DNA from: Lophium mytilinum
Taxonomy: Eukaryota
DNA length: 64,000 bases
Assembly (NCBI GenBank): GCA_010093605.1
Contig: MU004196.1
Location: 1,262,606-1,326,605 of the forward strand
Reading direction: 5' to 3'
Shown here: one piece after another, positions 1 through 11,253 of the stretch
How the letters are laid out: the number at the start of each line of letters is the position of its first letter
Numbering within the stretch: position 1 is the stretch's first letter
Program-made: the position numbers and the translations under genes
The notes under the pieces: generated by a model
What the model saw: the letters and a program-made list of their open reading frames with translations, nothing else
Told to the model about the DNA's origin: nothing
Databases searched by the model: none

Positions 1-8
1 CTAGCAGA

Positions 9-1380
9 ATGGCCGACCAGGGCTTTGGAAATCGGATGCGACAACTCGTCGGGTTAGGCGGTAACAAGAAGGGCAGGGTAAGGCATTTCAACCCCATACT
101 TCCTTCGACCGTTACCTAACATATGCTCACAGCCCTCAAAGATTCCCACCACCGTCGGACCGGCCTCTAACTTACGACAGCGCGTTACCAAACCCAACGT
201 CCGAGCTCAGGGTCCGTCCAAGGATCTGCTCAAGCAAGCACTCCTTAACCATACCCAGAACGGAACAATCGCCGCCCTCGCAATTCTGAACAAGCCGGCC
301 ATGCGTCCGCAGGGTAACGCATCTACCTCGAAAGGCGTCGATGATGCCGATTCTTCCGACGACGAAGATGTCGAGGAAATGGAGCTTGTACAGCATACCG
401 CCAACCGAACCGCCGCCCGAGTTTCCACCCCTGGGACCTTCACCCGAACGTCCCTCGACTACCACCCGCACCTCCACCTCGGTAGCTTCGAGATCGGCAG
501 GGCCCTCGGCCGCGGCAAATTCGGTCGCGTCTATCTCGCGCGGCACCGCGACTCTTCCTTCATCTGCGCCCTGAAAGTCCTCACAAAGGCCCAGATCGCC
601 AGCGAAGGAGACGAGAATCTCGTCCGCCGCGAAATCGAGATTCACTCAAAACTCTCCCATCCGGGTATATTGAAGTTCTACACCTGGTTCTACGACGCCA
701 CTCGCGTGTTCCTAGTCCTTGAATATGCGCCGGGTGGGGAGCTATTTCGGAAGCTGCAGAAAAAGGGGAAGTTCGGCGAGCACGAGGCTGCGGTGTATGT
801 GGCACAGGTTGCGGATGCGTTGGCGTATATGCACAAGAAAAACATTATGCATCGCGATATCAAGCCTGAGAATATCCTACTAGGATTTCATGGGGAGATC
901 AAGCTTGCGGATTTTGGGTATAGCGTCCATTCGGCTTCGAATCTGAGGAGCTCGCTTTGTGGGACTATCGACTACATCCCACCGGAGATCGCGAGGCAGT
1001 TGCGGAAAGTTAGGCCGGGGAAAGAGGAGTTTTACAATCGGAATGTGGATCTCTGGTCGCTGGGTGTATTGGCGTATGAGTTGATGACGGGGAAGCCGCC
1101 GTTTGAGATGCCGACGAGGGAGCAGACGGAGAAAAAGATCCTGACGGGCAAGGTGCAGAGGACTGGTGTTGAGATGTCGAAGGAGGCGAAGTCTTTTATT
1201 CGAGCAGTAAGTTTCTTCTAATCTACGCACATTCGTCTTTGTCAATATATGCTAACGTTCTCCTAGCTTCTAGTCTTGAATCCAGATGAACGGTTGCCGC
1301 TAGATCAAGTCCTCGAGCATCCTTGGATCGTGATGCACTGCGGTCGGATTAGGAGCTCTAGAGGCATTTTCGGGTATTGA
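9..1380 (+). CDS. Aurora-family Ser/Thr kinase, divergent (exons 9-77, 133-1206, 1267-1380)
   Basis: GRGKFGRVYLAR, ALK, RREIEI, HRDIKPEN, DFGYSVH and CGTIDYIPPE motifs. GT-AG introns 78-132 and 1207-1266 with CTAAC branch sites extend the ORF to an ATG at 9 and to the kinase C-terminus LLVLNPDERLPLDQVLEHPWI. Confidence 0.9.
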
Positions 1381-2942
1381 GATGGTGTGTCGGCTTGGCT
1401 TGATGCCTTGCAAGCTATTGTTATCAGCGACAAACTTTACCATAGCGTCGGGTGTCTGTGTGGTGAGCATGGGAATGCTCTTTACGGACTCTCAGAGGAG
1501 GGATGTAAGGTTCCGCCAAAAGGCCGTAAGCCATAAGGTATGGTGTATGTGAACTGTGGCGATGCCTACATCGCTACGTCTCCAGACCTGGGCTCCATTC
1601 TTAGTTCCGAATTGACGATAATGCTACAAAACACGATCACTGAACACAGGTATATATGTAACGTCTGTCGCTGATTCTTAGCCCTAACTTGCATGGTACG
1701 AAAAAGTAATCACTACACCTATAATCCATATTCCTCGAAACCCTATCAACCTATTCTCACGTACTCACAACTCAGCAGTGCAAAGCCAACACACGATAAT
1801 AAGTATACGATTCGGACTCCCTCTGCAGTACGTATGGCGCGTAATTTAAGTTTGTGGAGATCGCTTTCCTGACTCCTAACATAACGCTACGGCCACAAGA
1901 AATGGCTCCGAAATAGGCACAAAGACTATAGCAACCGCTATACTCGCAAAGGAGCCACCCGCCTAGTTAATGAAATCGCGTCGGCTGCACAAAACTTCGT
2001 ACAATCCCACTCGCTCCCACCTTACTAGAGGGGTAATTTGATGCCCGTACCCGGAGCTCGTGATTCCACACGTGACCGCTGGCTCCTCTTTGTTACGGTC
2101 AGGGTATAAGAAGGTCTCCACCCCTTACTCTCCTACTTTCTTCCAGGGAGCAAGAGACAGCGTATGCGGCACCCAGATCGGTCCTGTTCCTCAGCTATGG
2201 AGGAAAGGACACCAGTGGATCAACAGTCGCTAGTCACCCTTCTTATGACACTGCGGCACTCTGGGTGATCGTATCGAAGAAGGGTTTCAGAATTATTATG
2301 GTGGAGCAAAAACTAACATCCATCGCCCTGATGTGGATGGCAAACTCTGGAGCCTGGGTCCTCATAGCATTGTGGTCGGCATCTTTGGTGATCGCATCGA
2401 GGAAGCTGGTGAACATCATCGTGGTGCTCCGGGAATGAGGTTTAATGTAACCGTACAAGGCTCGTGTCTGCGTTTGGAGGTCTTGATGTGTAGTTTCTAT
2501 GGAAATGACAGAGAGTATCATCATCTGCTTCAGTTGAGGATAAGCACTAACCCCCTAGGGGAAGTAACTCCAAGCCCGAAACTCAAGAGGGCCATGCGAC
2601 CACTATCCAAGCGTTTTTTCACAGGCCAACCCCAGTCATTGGGAATACCTGGTGGTAGGTTGACTAGACCCCCCATTACGTTGCCTTGCGGAGGATTGCA
2701 CTCCATGCACCGTCGTAACAAGGCATGGGCAGTTTTCTCAGCGAAAGACTCCGATAAAGCCTTTGTTAGTCCCGTAGCGCTGCACATTCTCTCTTTAATA
2801 TTAAAACTTGTTGGAATATGAGTATCGCCACAGCTAGCAATCAGGGTAGCAACCTTGGGTACATTCCTCGATATTAGCTCGTTTTCCACCTGGTATCAGA
2901 CGATACGGCCTGCATTTAACAAAACTTGGTACATTGATATAC

Positions 2943-4832
2943 CTATCCAGCAATCCGAAATGTTTGCCCCTGATCTATTTGGAACCATTCTCTATCTACA
3001 ATAAACCCAGCTCCTATGCGTTCGTAGCGCTCTGGGGCTGTGCTGGAGATACAAACTAGTAAAGCGAAGTACACTGGTTCCGCGCCTGCCGTGGACGAGG
3101 AATGATCTTCCCGCATAAAGAACAAACTAGTACACTGATATTCGCCATCACTAAACATATCTACATCATCCAGTATCGCTATACCGACAATGGCTCCTGT
3201 ATCGGGGTCCAACATCTGATGTACGGTTGATTGGTAGAAATATATCGGCAGATCGTGGATACTTGAAACCTCGTGTCCTGAAAATGGGGACATTTTGATG
3301 GTATCACGAACAACAGCGGTCCACCTTTTGACCAAACATTCCTTTCCCTTGCCTGTCACCACCAAGGTAGATTCATCCTCAATTTCGCATTTAGAGTGTA
3401 TGATTCGCTCCCAATGAGCTCTTTTCGGTGTCCAGGTTCCACAAGCACCAAGTGTCGAAGCCCAAGACCAAGTTGGGAAGATCTTCAACCCAGGTGGCCG
3501 TTTTGTTTGACGCCCGACCCAGAAGAGATGTTGATGCAACTCACCTGTCCAGACACCACTGACATACTCGTCATATCTTGAACTTCGCATCTCGCTAGCA
3601 ATTCCCTCCACAGCGGCTAGCTTATCCGTCAAGAACGTGAGATTCCGTATCGAGAACGCACCGATGATATCATCCCAGCTCTTCACCTTGCTACCGGCTA
3701 TAACGACGCTTTGTACATGGTGGAACATGGCCGCCATCCCGGTCGCCTTCCCGTTTGTATGGTATCTCAATAGAACTGCTGGGGGCAACTCGTTCCAAGA
3801 AACAACCTTCACTCGAATCGCGTGCTCCGGACGCTGCAATAACAAGATGAGCCCTGCTATATAAAGAGCCCATACGTGGTGCTTCCGTGGGCCAGTCATC
3901 TTTGTTGTCTTGAACGATGCACAGGCTGTCAACCCAAAGATAACAGAGTTCCATTGATCGCGTTATGGCAACGGCATCGCGGAATGTCTTCGGTAGGCTT
4001 GATACGGAGACTCCTGCCAGATGTTGCTGGAGGGTGGCCTTTGTGGTGCGCAGTGGCCCCTTGGCTGGAGGCCCCCAGGAGAGCTATGTAATGCTCTCGC
4101 GCTCCCTTTGTCTCTACGAGACGTATCCTCGTTTCATCGTCTTCGAACCCCACGTCAATTACCCGCGTTGGTAGTACTGGCTTCGTAACCTCTTTCTCAT
4201 CCCCGGAAGTCTTGGGCCACCTACACTCGGGATGGCCCGAAACACACTCGTGCAGCCACCCTCCGAGCACAGAAAGCGCGTCCGGGGAGGCGGAGTCTAC
4301 GAAAGAGCTGATTCCCAATACGTCACCTGAGATGGCTGCGGGACTTCCTAATGCTAAGGGTTGCTAGCGTAAACCGAAGCGTGAAACTGTAAGAAGACAT
4401 GCCTTTTGCGGCAATTATCGAGAATCGTGACCACAGGCCGGAGAAATCTGCCCATAGGCCAAAATCCAAGGATGTTGCTACTATGATCTCAAAAAGCTGC
4501 AAGCCAGGGTCTCTTGACGCGGGACGGGACTGATTTCCCCCTCTCGCCACCAACTGCAATTCGTACGGTTCCGGAGCACCTCCTATATTTGGCAGTATAG
4601 GGCTCCCCGTTTCATCTTTGCGTATGGTGCGAATAATTTCTTGCTTGATGAAGGCGCATAGTTTGCAGAATTCGGAGATGGAGATTATGTGACGATCGTT
4701 GTCTAGGAAGAAAAAACGCTGCTCGAGGATATTTGGGAGGTGCGTGTTATTGCGGCTTTGTGCTGGCTGGTAATGGGGCCGGCTGAAGAGCTTGTGCACG
4801 ATGTTTTGGCAGTTCTCGCAGAATGCGGACAT
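2943..4832 (-). pseudogene. HET-domain (heterokaryon incompatibility, TOL-like) gene, frameshifted and internally deleted
   Basis: WLHEC..H..C, LPTRVIDV, LPKTFRDAV, YLWVDSLCIVQD and PTWSWAS fall in three different frames. The LSHCWG motif is broken near 4080 and the PL..RxWxLQE block is missing near 3720. Putative intron 4402-4348 has a GC donor. Confidence 0.85.
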
Positions 4833-5598
4833 GGTATTATTGACTTCAAAGAATTCAAAAGGTCTTAGCGGAAGAGAAACTAGATTTGATTCAGCTCATA
4901 TCTAGGTGTATGGTAGCTGCCACGTAATGAGAAGGTGAAGATAGAAAGAAGAGCTCGACCTCGATTGCCATCCATAGAGTGGCATGCGCCTCAGCCTTGT
5001 GGGGGCCATTATTTTAACCAGTAGGTGCGTCCTCTAAATGAATCACGATAGCTAGGAACGGGGACCAAAGATCTTTACTAAATCCAATGCGCAGAATGTT
5101 CTGAATAACGGGATTTTTTCTCGCATAGATATAGCAGCTGTGCGAACAGAACGAAAGACATTACAAAGGTAAATTTCCTACCTAGATCTAGAGTTCTGCG
5201 TGCCATCTCCCACACGTGACTCATCTCGAGAACTTCATTCTATGCTTTATGCTCATGCGCTTCAAGAGGTTGAAATGTTTTCTATACATCTCCAGCAGTT
5301 CGTAAATAACTTAGTCCTTACATCCACCCGAGAGGACAAAAACCACGAATGCCCGGGAAGTTTTCACTGCCCCCACCACCCCTGCCCATCTCGGCATCTC
5401 AGAACCTCACTCCATCCCATCATCAAAAACTCCATCCACCCCGATATCCACACCACAACCTCGAGCGCACCGGCTCCAGCCGTCGCAGCCCCCTCCTAGC
5501 TCGGCGACCTACCCAACAAACCATTGGCACAGCGCCTCAGCGCTCAACGCCCCGCCACCACCAACACCCAACCCATCAACACCACACCACGACCCGCG

Positions 5599-6023
5599 AT
5601 GGGGTTCACAACCGGCTTCGTACGCCCCCTTCCCCAGTCCCCCTCCTATTTTCCTAACCCTGCTGACTTCCACCCCAGCTCGCCGGCACAACCCTCACCT
5701 CCCTAACCCTCTACCTCACCCTCTCGCTACACACGCGCAACCGCCTCACGCAATCCGCCCTCCTGCGACAGCAAACCTCCGTGCTCTCGAATATCCTAGA
5801 CCCCCAGCCGCCCGCCCCGGAACCGACGACTCGGATAGCGCGCGCGGGGCTGATTGAGACGGCGAAAGATCGGTGGAATGGGGAATTGGAGCGGGAGGTG
5901 CGGTTGGTGTATAACACGGATTGGCGGAAAGTGCGGGAGGGGGTGGAGGATCGGCTGGCTGGGTTGATAGGGAAGCTGAGGGCGAAGGGGGAGGAGGTTA
6001 AGGAGGGGGTGAAGGAGGCGTGA
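5599..6023 (+). CDS. MIC12: MICOS complex subunit Mic12/Aim5-like (exons 5599-5619, 5679-6023)
   Basis: Spliced product MGFTTGFLAGTTLTSLTLYLTLSLHTRNR...ETAKDRWNGELE...DWRKVREGVE matches the fungal Mic12 pattern as I recall it. Intron GTACGC...GCTGAC...CAG at 5620-5678. Confidence 0.75.
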
Positions 6024-6181
6024 TGAGAAGGGAGGGGAGAAGGTTGGAGGGAGGGCTGATGGGGTCGTGTATAATCGTGTATTGTACGAGTTCGGAATCA
6101 CAGAAAACTTCCTTTGTCAAATGCTCATTGAAAGAAAGTCGTACTTGAGGTATGTTGTCGAAACAAATATATGCTTAGTTG

Positions 6182-6416
6182 CCACGCGGGGCATGAAAAA
6201 GGTGGCACACTCAATCCGCAATTGCCTCTTATACACTTGTCTGCCGCTGTTTGGGGTCCTTCAACACATCTTCTGAAATGTAAAAGAGATAGAACGTTTT
6301 AGCTTTGGACTATTTGGAAACCTGTTGAAGCACTCCAAGCAGTGGCAGACAGGGGTACACACGACCGCAAAAGATAGATCTTGGTGAGTGTGCCACTTTT
6401 TTCATGCCCAGCGTGG
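6182..6416. mobile_element. MITE-like element, 235 bp with 32-bp terminal inverted repeats
   Basis: 6182-6213 CCACGCGGGGCATGAAAAAGGTGGCACACTCA matches the reverse complement of 6385-6416 at 30/32. No convincing coding sequence inside and no clear TSD. Confidence 0.6.
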
Positions 6417-6642
6417 TTGCGTGGTGATTGTGCGACATGCACAGGGTTTCACTAGCTATTTGTACAAAATGGTATATGCAGTGGCTCACATGCTAAATGT
6501 ACATATAAAGGGGCAGCTCAAAAGAGGAATTGTACTGTACAGTGCGAGATACAAGGAGGGGGTATGATGATGTACACCAGCCTATTCCAAAAGCTTATCA
6601 AGAAGGGGCGTTCTTACCAGCCTATATCCCAAACGATGCCTT

Positions 6643-9372
6643 CTATGTCTTGACCCAACCAGATACAGCATCATGTATCTCGCGATAACGCCCACTATAT
6701 TCGGGTCCAGGAACGTCGCCGGCCGCAGCATCTCTCCCACCCCTCTCCCCACGCCTGGTCGGAGGGAACATGAGCGACGCAGAGCTCCACTCATCCTCTA
6801 GACCTTCCTCATGACCAGCCTTCTCCATATCGTCTCTCAACGCCCTAATCAGCTCCGCTCTATTCGTAATTTTGCCCAACGCTCTCATCGTATACCCAGC
6901 CTCGAGCTCCGGCGCCTTCGCCCGCAACTCCGCCGGCATCCGCTTCATCTTCCCATACACCTCCGCCACCTTCCCCACATTCTGCGCCGCCGCATACCCG
7001 TTCAACAGCGTCCCCCAGGTAATCTCGGTCGGTTGGATGTTTCGCTTGCGCATGAGCTCAACGACCTTTTCGGCTGCGGCCATCTGGCCTGCTTTCACGA
7101 AGCCGTGACTGAAAATGTTCCAGGTGATGGCATTCGGCGCGGCTTGTTTGAGCGGGCGCTGCTCGGCGGCATGCACGGCCGACTTGGGGAGTTCGGCGGC
7201 CATGTCGCGGATGATCATGGGCGCGTGCTTGATGAGGGTCGGGCGCTCGCAAAAGGCGAGAAGGAAGGCGTTGTGGGTGTGTGTTGTTTCGGCGAGGGGG
7301 GCGATGATGGGGTGGCCGGCGCAGACGAAGGTTCGGAAAAGAGTGTATAGATTGTGGATGCTGACGTCGTTGAGCTGCTGAGAGGATTGAAGATAAGACG
7401 TGATGATGACGAAAAGAGCCGGTAGAGATGGCGGCATACAGTTGGACCGAGGGGAAAGGCCTCGTGGGTATATTTTCAGGTCGACGAGCGGTTGAAGGTC
7501 GAAGAAGTAGCTGTATTTCAATCGTAGAAGGCGGATGATGTCTTGAGTGTCGTCTCCTTGGGAGCAGACGTATATGTAGTGCAGGTATTCGGTAGCGAGC
7601 CAACTATCTCTCCACTCATATGCACGTTCTGCGCAGAAATCTGCAAAGTCTCGATGCTTGGACGGATTCTCGTCGTGTTTAAGTCCCCAGAGAAGAATGC
7701 CGAGTGTGTAACCGTCGGGCTTCAGACCAGCTTCACCCGATTCGAGGAGGTCGTAGATGCGCCAGGCAGTCTGGTAGTCTCGGGCTTCCACGGCGTTGTG
7801 GATGATGATGTTGTAGAGTTGAGTGTCGAGACACACACCAAGTTCTAAGAGTCGGGCGACTATCCCGGCGGTTGCATGGTATGACTTGCCATCCGAGGCA
7901 CTACAGCGTAGGACAGCGGAGGAGAGTTGTATGAATCCGTGCTCCAGAGGATTGTGACCAAGCTGTACAGCTTTCCCGAGCGTCTCCAGTCCAAGCTCGT
8001 GCGCGTTCAAGTCTACAAACCTTGCAGTAAAAGCTAGAACTGTTTTAGGATTAAGTTTGACACCGTGAGATACTAGATCCTTATATAAGTTCGGCAGCTC
8101 CTCGTCTGAGCACGACTTCATGACTAGTGATACAAGTCGCTGAGAGATGGTTTCTATAAATGGAGGCCGATCTTGTCTCAGATAAGCTAAGAAAGTCGAA
8201 AGAACATCGACATTATATTCCTCGATCTTTTGCTGATAACTGCCGCGGTTCATTTGCCGACTCTTATTTGTTCGATTTCGTAGGAAGGACGCGATATACT
8301 CCAGAGCATCGACTGCAATGAATGATGGAGGAAAGGGAGGCGTGTAGGAGATCTTAAGGAAGTCAAAAGCCTTGTAGACATTGTGTTGCAATAGCCAAAG
8401 TAGGATAGCAGGCCATATTTCAAATTGCCGTCTGCGACGAAGCCTCAACCATACCATTTTTTGGATATGGGGAGATCTACCTCCTTGGCAGAACCACTTA
8501 GCCCAACGGGCACATTGAGGGTCGAGTTCCAAAGTACGGCGGCTCTCGTGGCGAGCGAAGCCTATCTGATAAGAGTTCAGAACCGCGAATCCTTTCGTCC
8601 AGGACTCTAAAGGATAAGTTCCGTCTGTGAAAGATACTTTGGTTATTCCTGCAGGAAGAGAGCGAAGAAATTGACGGCGACTTTTCAGCCGAACCCCGGC
8701 ATCGTTGGTTATATCCTTGAGGTCTGATGGGGGAAGATTCGTGTAGGAAGGAGATCGCGGTACATCTGGGTGTATAGGCGCTTTTCGTCGTCGGCGGGGT
8801 GGACGAGTATTAGAGTCCTTCGAGCGTGGTATCCAACTATTCAGAATCTTCTGAAAAAACCTCCCAGTATCATACTGCTCCCGATCTTCATTTGATTCTT
8901 CCAACCGCCTTTTCGTTGCAGATTTAGATGGTATATAGCTTTTCCTGCTTGCCGATAGAGCTGCGTGCTTGCGAGTCCGGAGCTGACTCCTGAAGAAAGT
9001 AGATATCTCCGAATAAAGCGGCGCATTGGGAAATGAGCTCCGGGCTTTCTTTTGCGAATTGGATAGCTGTCGCGGCCCTCGTAGCCTCCCTTGGCGGGCA
9101 TTGGTGTTCAGTTCTCGATCGACCTTTGCCCGTCTTTTTCCAAGTCCCTTCACCATTGCCTTGCCCTCCTCACGCGTGACCTTCTCTTTCATCCCAGCCT
9201 TTCTTCCCTTTTCTCCCCTCTCCGTCGATCCAGAACCACCCGTATTCCATCTCTTCCCACATTCATATCTCCAGGGCGCGCTCGGCACGAACAATCTCGG
9301 GGCGAGGAAGGGCAGAACGGGCAAGTCAGCGCTGGCGAAACACCTGGCATTTGCGAGGAGACAGCGGGGCAT
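6643..9372 (-). CDS. Pentatricopeptide-repeat (PPR) protein, likely mitochondrial
   Basis: 909-aa uninterrupted ORF with PPR repeats (LYNIIIHNAVEARDYQTAWRIYDLL; PNAITWNIFSHGFVKAGQMAAAEKVVELMRKRNIQPTEITWGTLLNGY) and a basic N-terminus. Confidence 0.85.
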   Translation of the reverse strand: MPRCLLANARCFASADLPVLPFLAPRLFVPSAPWRYECGKRWNTGGSGSTERGEKGRKAGMKEKVTREEGKAMVKGLGKRRAKVDRELNTNARQGRLRGPRQLSNSQKKARSSFPNAPLYSEISTFFRSQLRTRKHAALSASRKSYIPSKSATKRRLEESNEDREQYDTGRFFQKILNSWIPRSKDSNTRPPRRRRKAPIHPDVPRSPSYTNLPPSDLKDITNDAGVRLKSRRQFLRSLPAGITKVSFTDGTYPLESWTKGFAVLNSYQIGFARHESRRTLELDPQCARWAKWFCQGGRSPHIQKMVWLRLRRRRQFEIWPAILLWLLQHNVYKAFDFLKISYTPPFPPSFIAVDALEYIASFLRNRTNKSRQMNRGSYQQKIEEYNVDVLSTFLAYLRQDRPPFIETISQRLVSLVMKSCSDEELPNLYKDLVSHGVKLNPKTVLAFTARFVDLNAHELGLETLGKAVQLGHNPLEHGFIQLSSAVLRCSASDGKSYHATAGIVARLLELGVCLDTQLYNIIIHNAVEARDYQTAWRIYDLLESGEAGLKPDGYTLGILLWGLKHDENPSKHRDFADFCAERAYEWRDSWLATEYLHYIYVCSQGDDTQDIIRLLRLKYSYFFDLQPLVDLKIYPRGLSPRSNCMPPSLPALFVIITSYLQSSQQLNDVSIHNLYTLFRTFVCAGHPIIAPLAETTHTHNAFLLAFCERPTLIKHAPMIIRDMAAELPKSAVHAAEQRPLKQAAPNAITWNIFSHGFVKAGQMAAAEKVVELMRKRNIQPTEITWGTLLNGYAAAQNVGKVAEVYGKMKRMPAELRAKAPELEAGYTMRALGKITNRAELIRALRDDMEKAGHEEGLEDEWSSASLMFPPTRRGERGGRDAAAGDVPGPEYSGRYREIHDAVSGWVKT

Positions 9373-9907
9373 GAGATGCGGGGCGTCGCAACGGTCATCG
9401 GTCCATGGATGGCGAGCGGTGGGAATAGGAGCAAGCTTGGGATGCCAGACGGGATGGACCGCGGTGGTGTTGCGGCTCGGCCAAAAGTTTTTGGGTGTGG
9501 CTGGAGCTTCCTAGTGTGGCTGAGGGCAATTCGACTTCACCTCGACTTTTGCGACAAGAACAGAGCATCCACGCGCTGTCTTTACCATAACACCACGAGA
9601 TTGCGCTTCTCCAGCTCCAGACACTGTTTTTGTGTAAAGAATACCCCAGTTTATGCTGCGACACCAAACAATCGACCCTGCCGCAAACGGAGAGCCTTTT
9701 TCACGACTCGCGATATAACCTCGAAATCCTCTCTCCACGAACTGTTCCTTCAATATCGTAACGGCGCCTGGGCCGCTTCACCTCTGTATACCCCACCGCA
9801 ATAGTCACCATCTTCGCCCACCTTCCGACACCCCAACCCTCGACCTCGAACCCACCATCCCAGCTTTCTCAAGCTTGCGACACCACACCCTCACCACCAC
9901 CGCAACC

Positions 9908-10543
9908 ATGTCCTCCCAAACCAAACTCAACAAACTAAACGCCGCAACCGACGCCCGCAAAGCCCGCCTCGCGGCACTCAAATCCCTAAAACGGAAAGCC
10001 CCCTCCTCCACCTCCGACCCCTCGGACTCCCCCTCCTCCACCGCCCTCACAACCCCCCAAGCCACCGAAACCCCACCCCCCCAAGAAACCTCAACCGACC
10101 AGTACCTCTCCGGCCGCAACTACGACCCCACCACGCGCGCCCCAAAACTCGGCTTCGACACGCTCCCCGACCACCTCTCCGCGCCCACGACCTCGACGCT
10201 CGAAAAGCGCGCCGCGGACCTGCATATCGCGGTGAAGAGTGAGCAGGCGAAGGAGGTGGCGGATGAGCCGCTGGATCTGTTTAAGCTGCAGCCGAAGCGG
10301 CCGAATTGGGATTTGAAGCGGGATTTGAGGGAGAAGTATCAGGGGTTGGAGGGGGAGACGGAGAGGGCGATTGCGCGGTTGGTGAGGGAGAGGGTGGAGG
10401 GGGTGAAGGCTGTGAAAGGGGTGGAGGGGGGGAGTAGAGGCGGGGAGAAGGAGGAGGTGGGGATGGAGGGGGTGGCGTTGGTGGAGGCGATGCATCAGAG
10501 GGAGAGGGAGGGGGAGGGGAGTGGGGGCGAGGAAGAGATTTGA
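9908..10543 (+). CDS. cwf18: Pre-mRNA splicing factor Cwf18/CCDC12 family
   Basis: ARKARLAALKSLKRK, LSGRNYDP and DLFKLQPKRPNWDLKRDL motifs; ATG at 9908. Confidence 0.85.
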   Translation: MSSQTKLNKLNAATDARKARLAALKSLKRKAPSSTSDPSDSPSSTALTTPQATETPPPQETSTDQYLSGRNYDPTTRAPKLGFDTLPDHLSAPTTSTLEKRAADLHIAVKSEQAKEVADEPLDLFKLQPKRPNWDLKRDLREKYQGLEGETERAIARLVRERVEGVKAVKGVEGGSRGGEKEEVGMEGVALVEAMHQREREGEGSGGEEEI

Positions 10544-11253
10544 GGATCCGTGGTTTAGTAGGGTAGTAAGGCGTCTAGGGTATATTTGGAATGGGGTTGG
10601 GGGAAAGGCTTTTCGGGGATTTCTTGTTGTATTAACATCCGGAGCGTAAAGCTGGCATTTGGAATGCTTCAGCAAAGTTCCACATAGCCCAAAGCTACAG
10701 AGTTTTCATCTTATTCATATTTTTGAAAATACATTGAGGCACCTCAGACAACGTCCGCAGAGTGTACGCAAATTAGAGCTGTGTCCGCTTTCCGCATTTT
10801 ACATTAGTACGTTGGGGCACCACAGATAGTGGCAAGAAAGTGTACAAATATCTATCCCTTGACCCGTCGCATTTGGCTCTACGATATTGATAAGAATACA
10901 ACCAATAGGAAGCTTCAAGTGATAAGATCTGTGGCGATATACTTGATCAACACATACCTCCTAGGCTTTTCGTACACTAGCGTAGCACCCGCCTGGGGCC
11001 CTGTGGTACATTATGAGAGATCGGAAAAGGACAGTTCTAACAAAACTAAACGCCTTGCAGGCTACCTCAAACGGTGTCAGACTGTCCCATTACAAAGCAG
11101 TCACCACGTGAAGAATTAGTAATTCAGATATAGAGATGAGACTTTTGTGATCGATTCAAAGTATTGGGTATCCGTGCTAAGCTACGCCCCTGTCCCAATA
11201 ACGTGCACCAGATGTAGCATACCGTGAATAAGGAATTCGAACAATCTGTGCAT

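Noticed and set aside
2243..2889. Overlapping 93-162 aa ORFs on both strands
   Set aside because: No recognisable motif or consistent gene structure.
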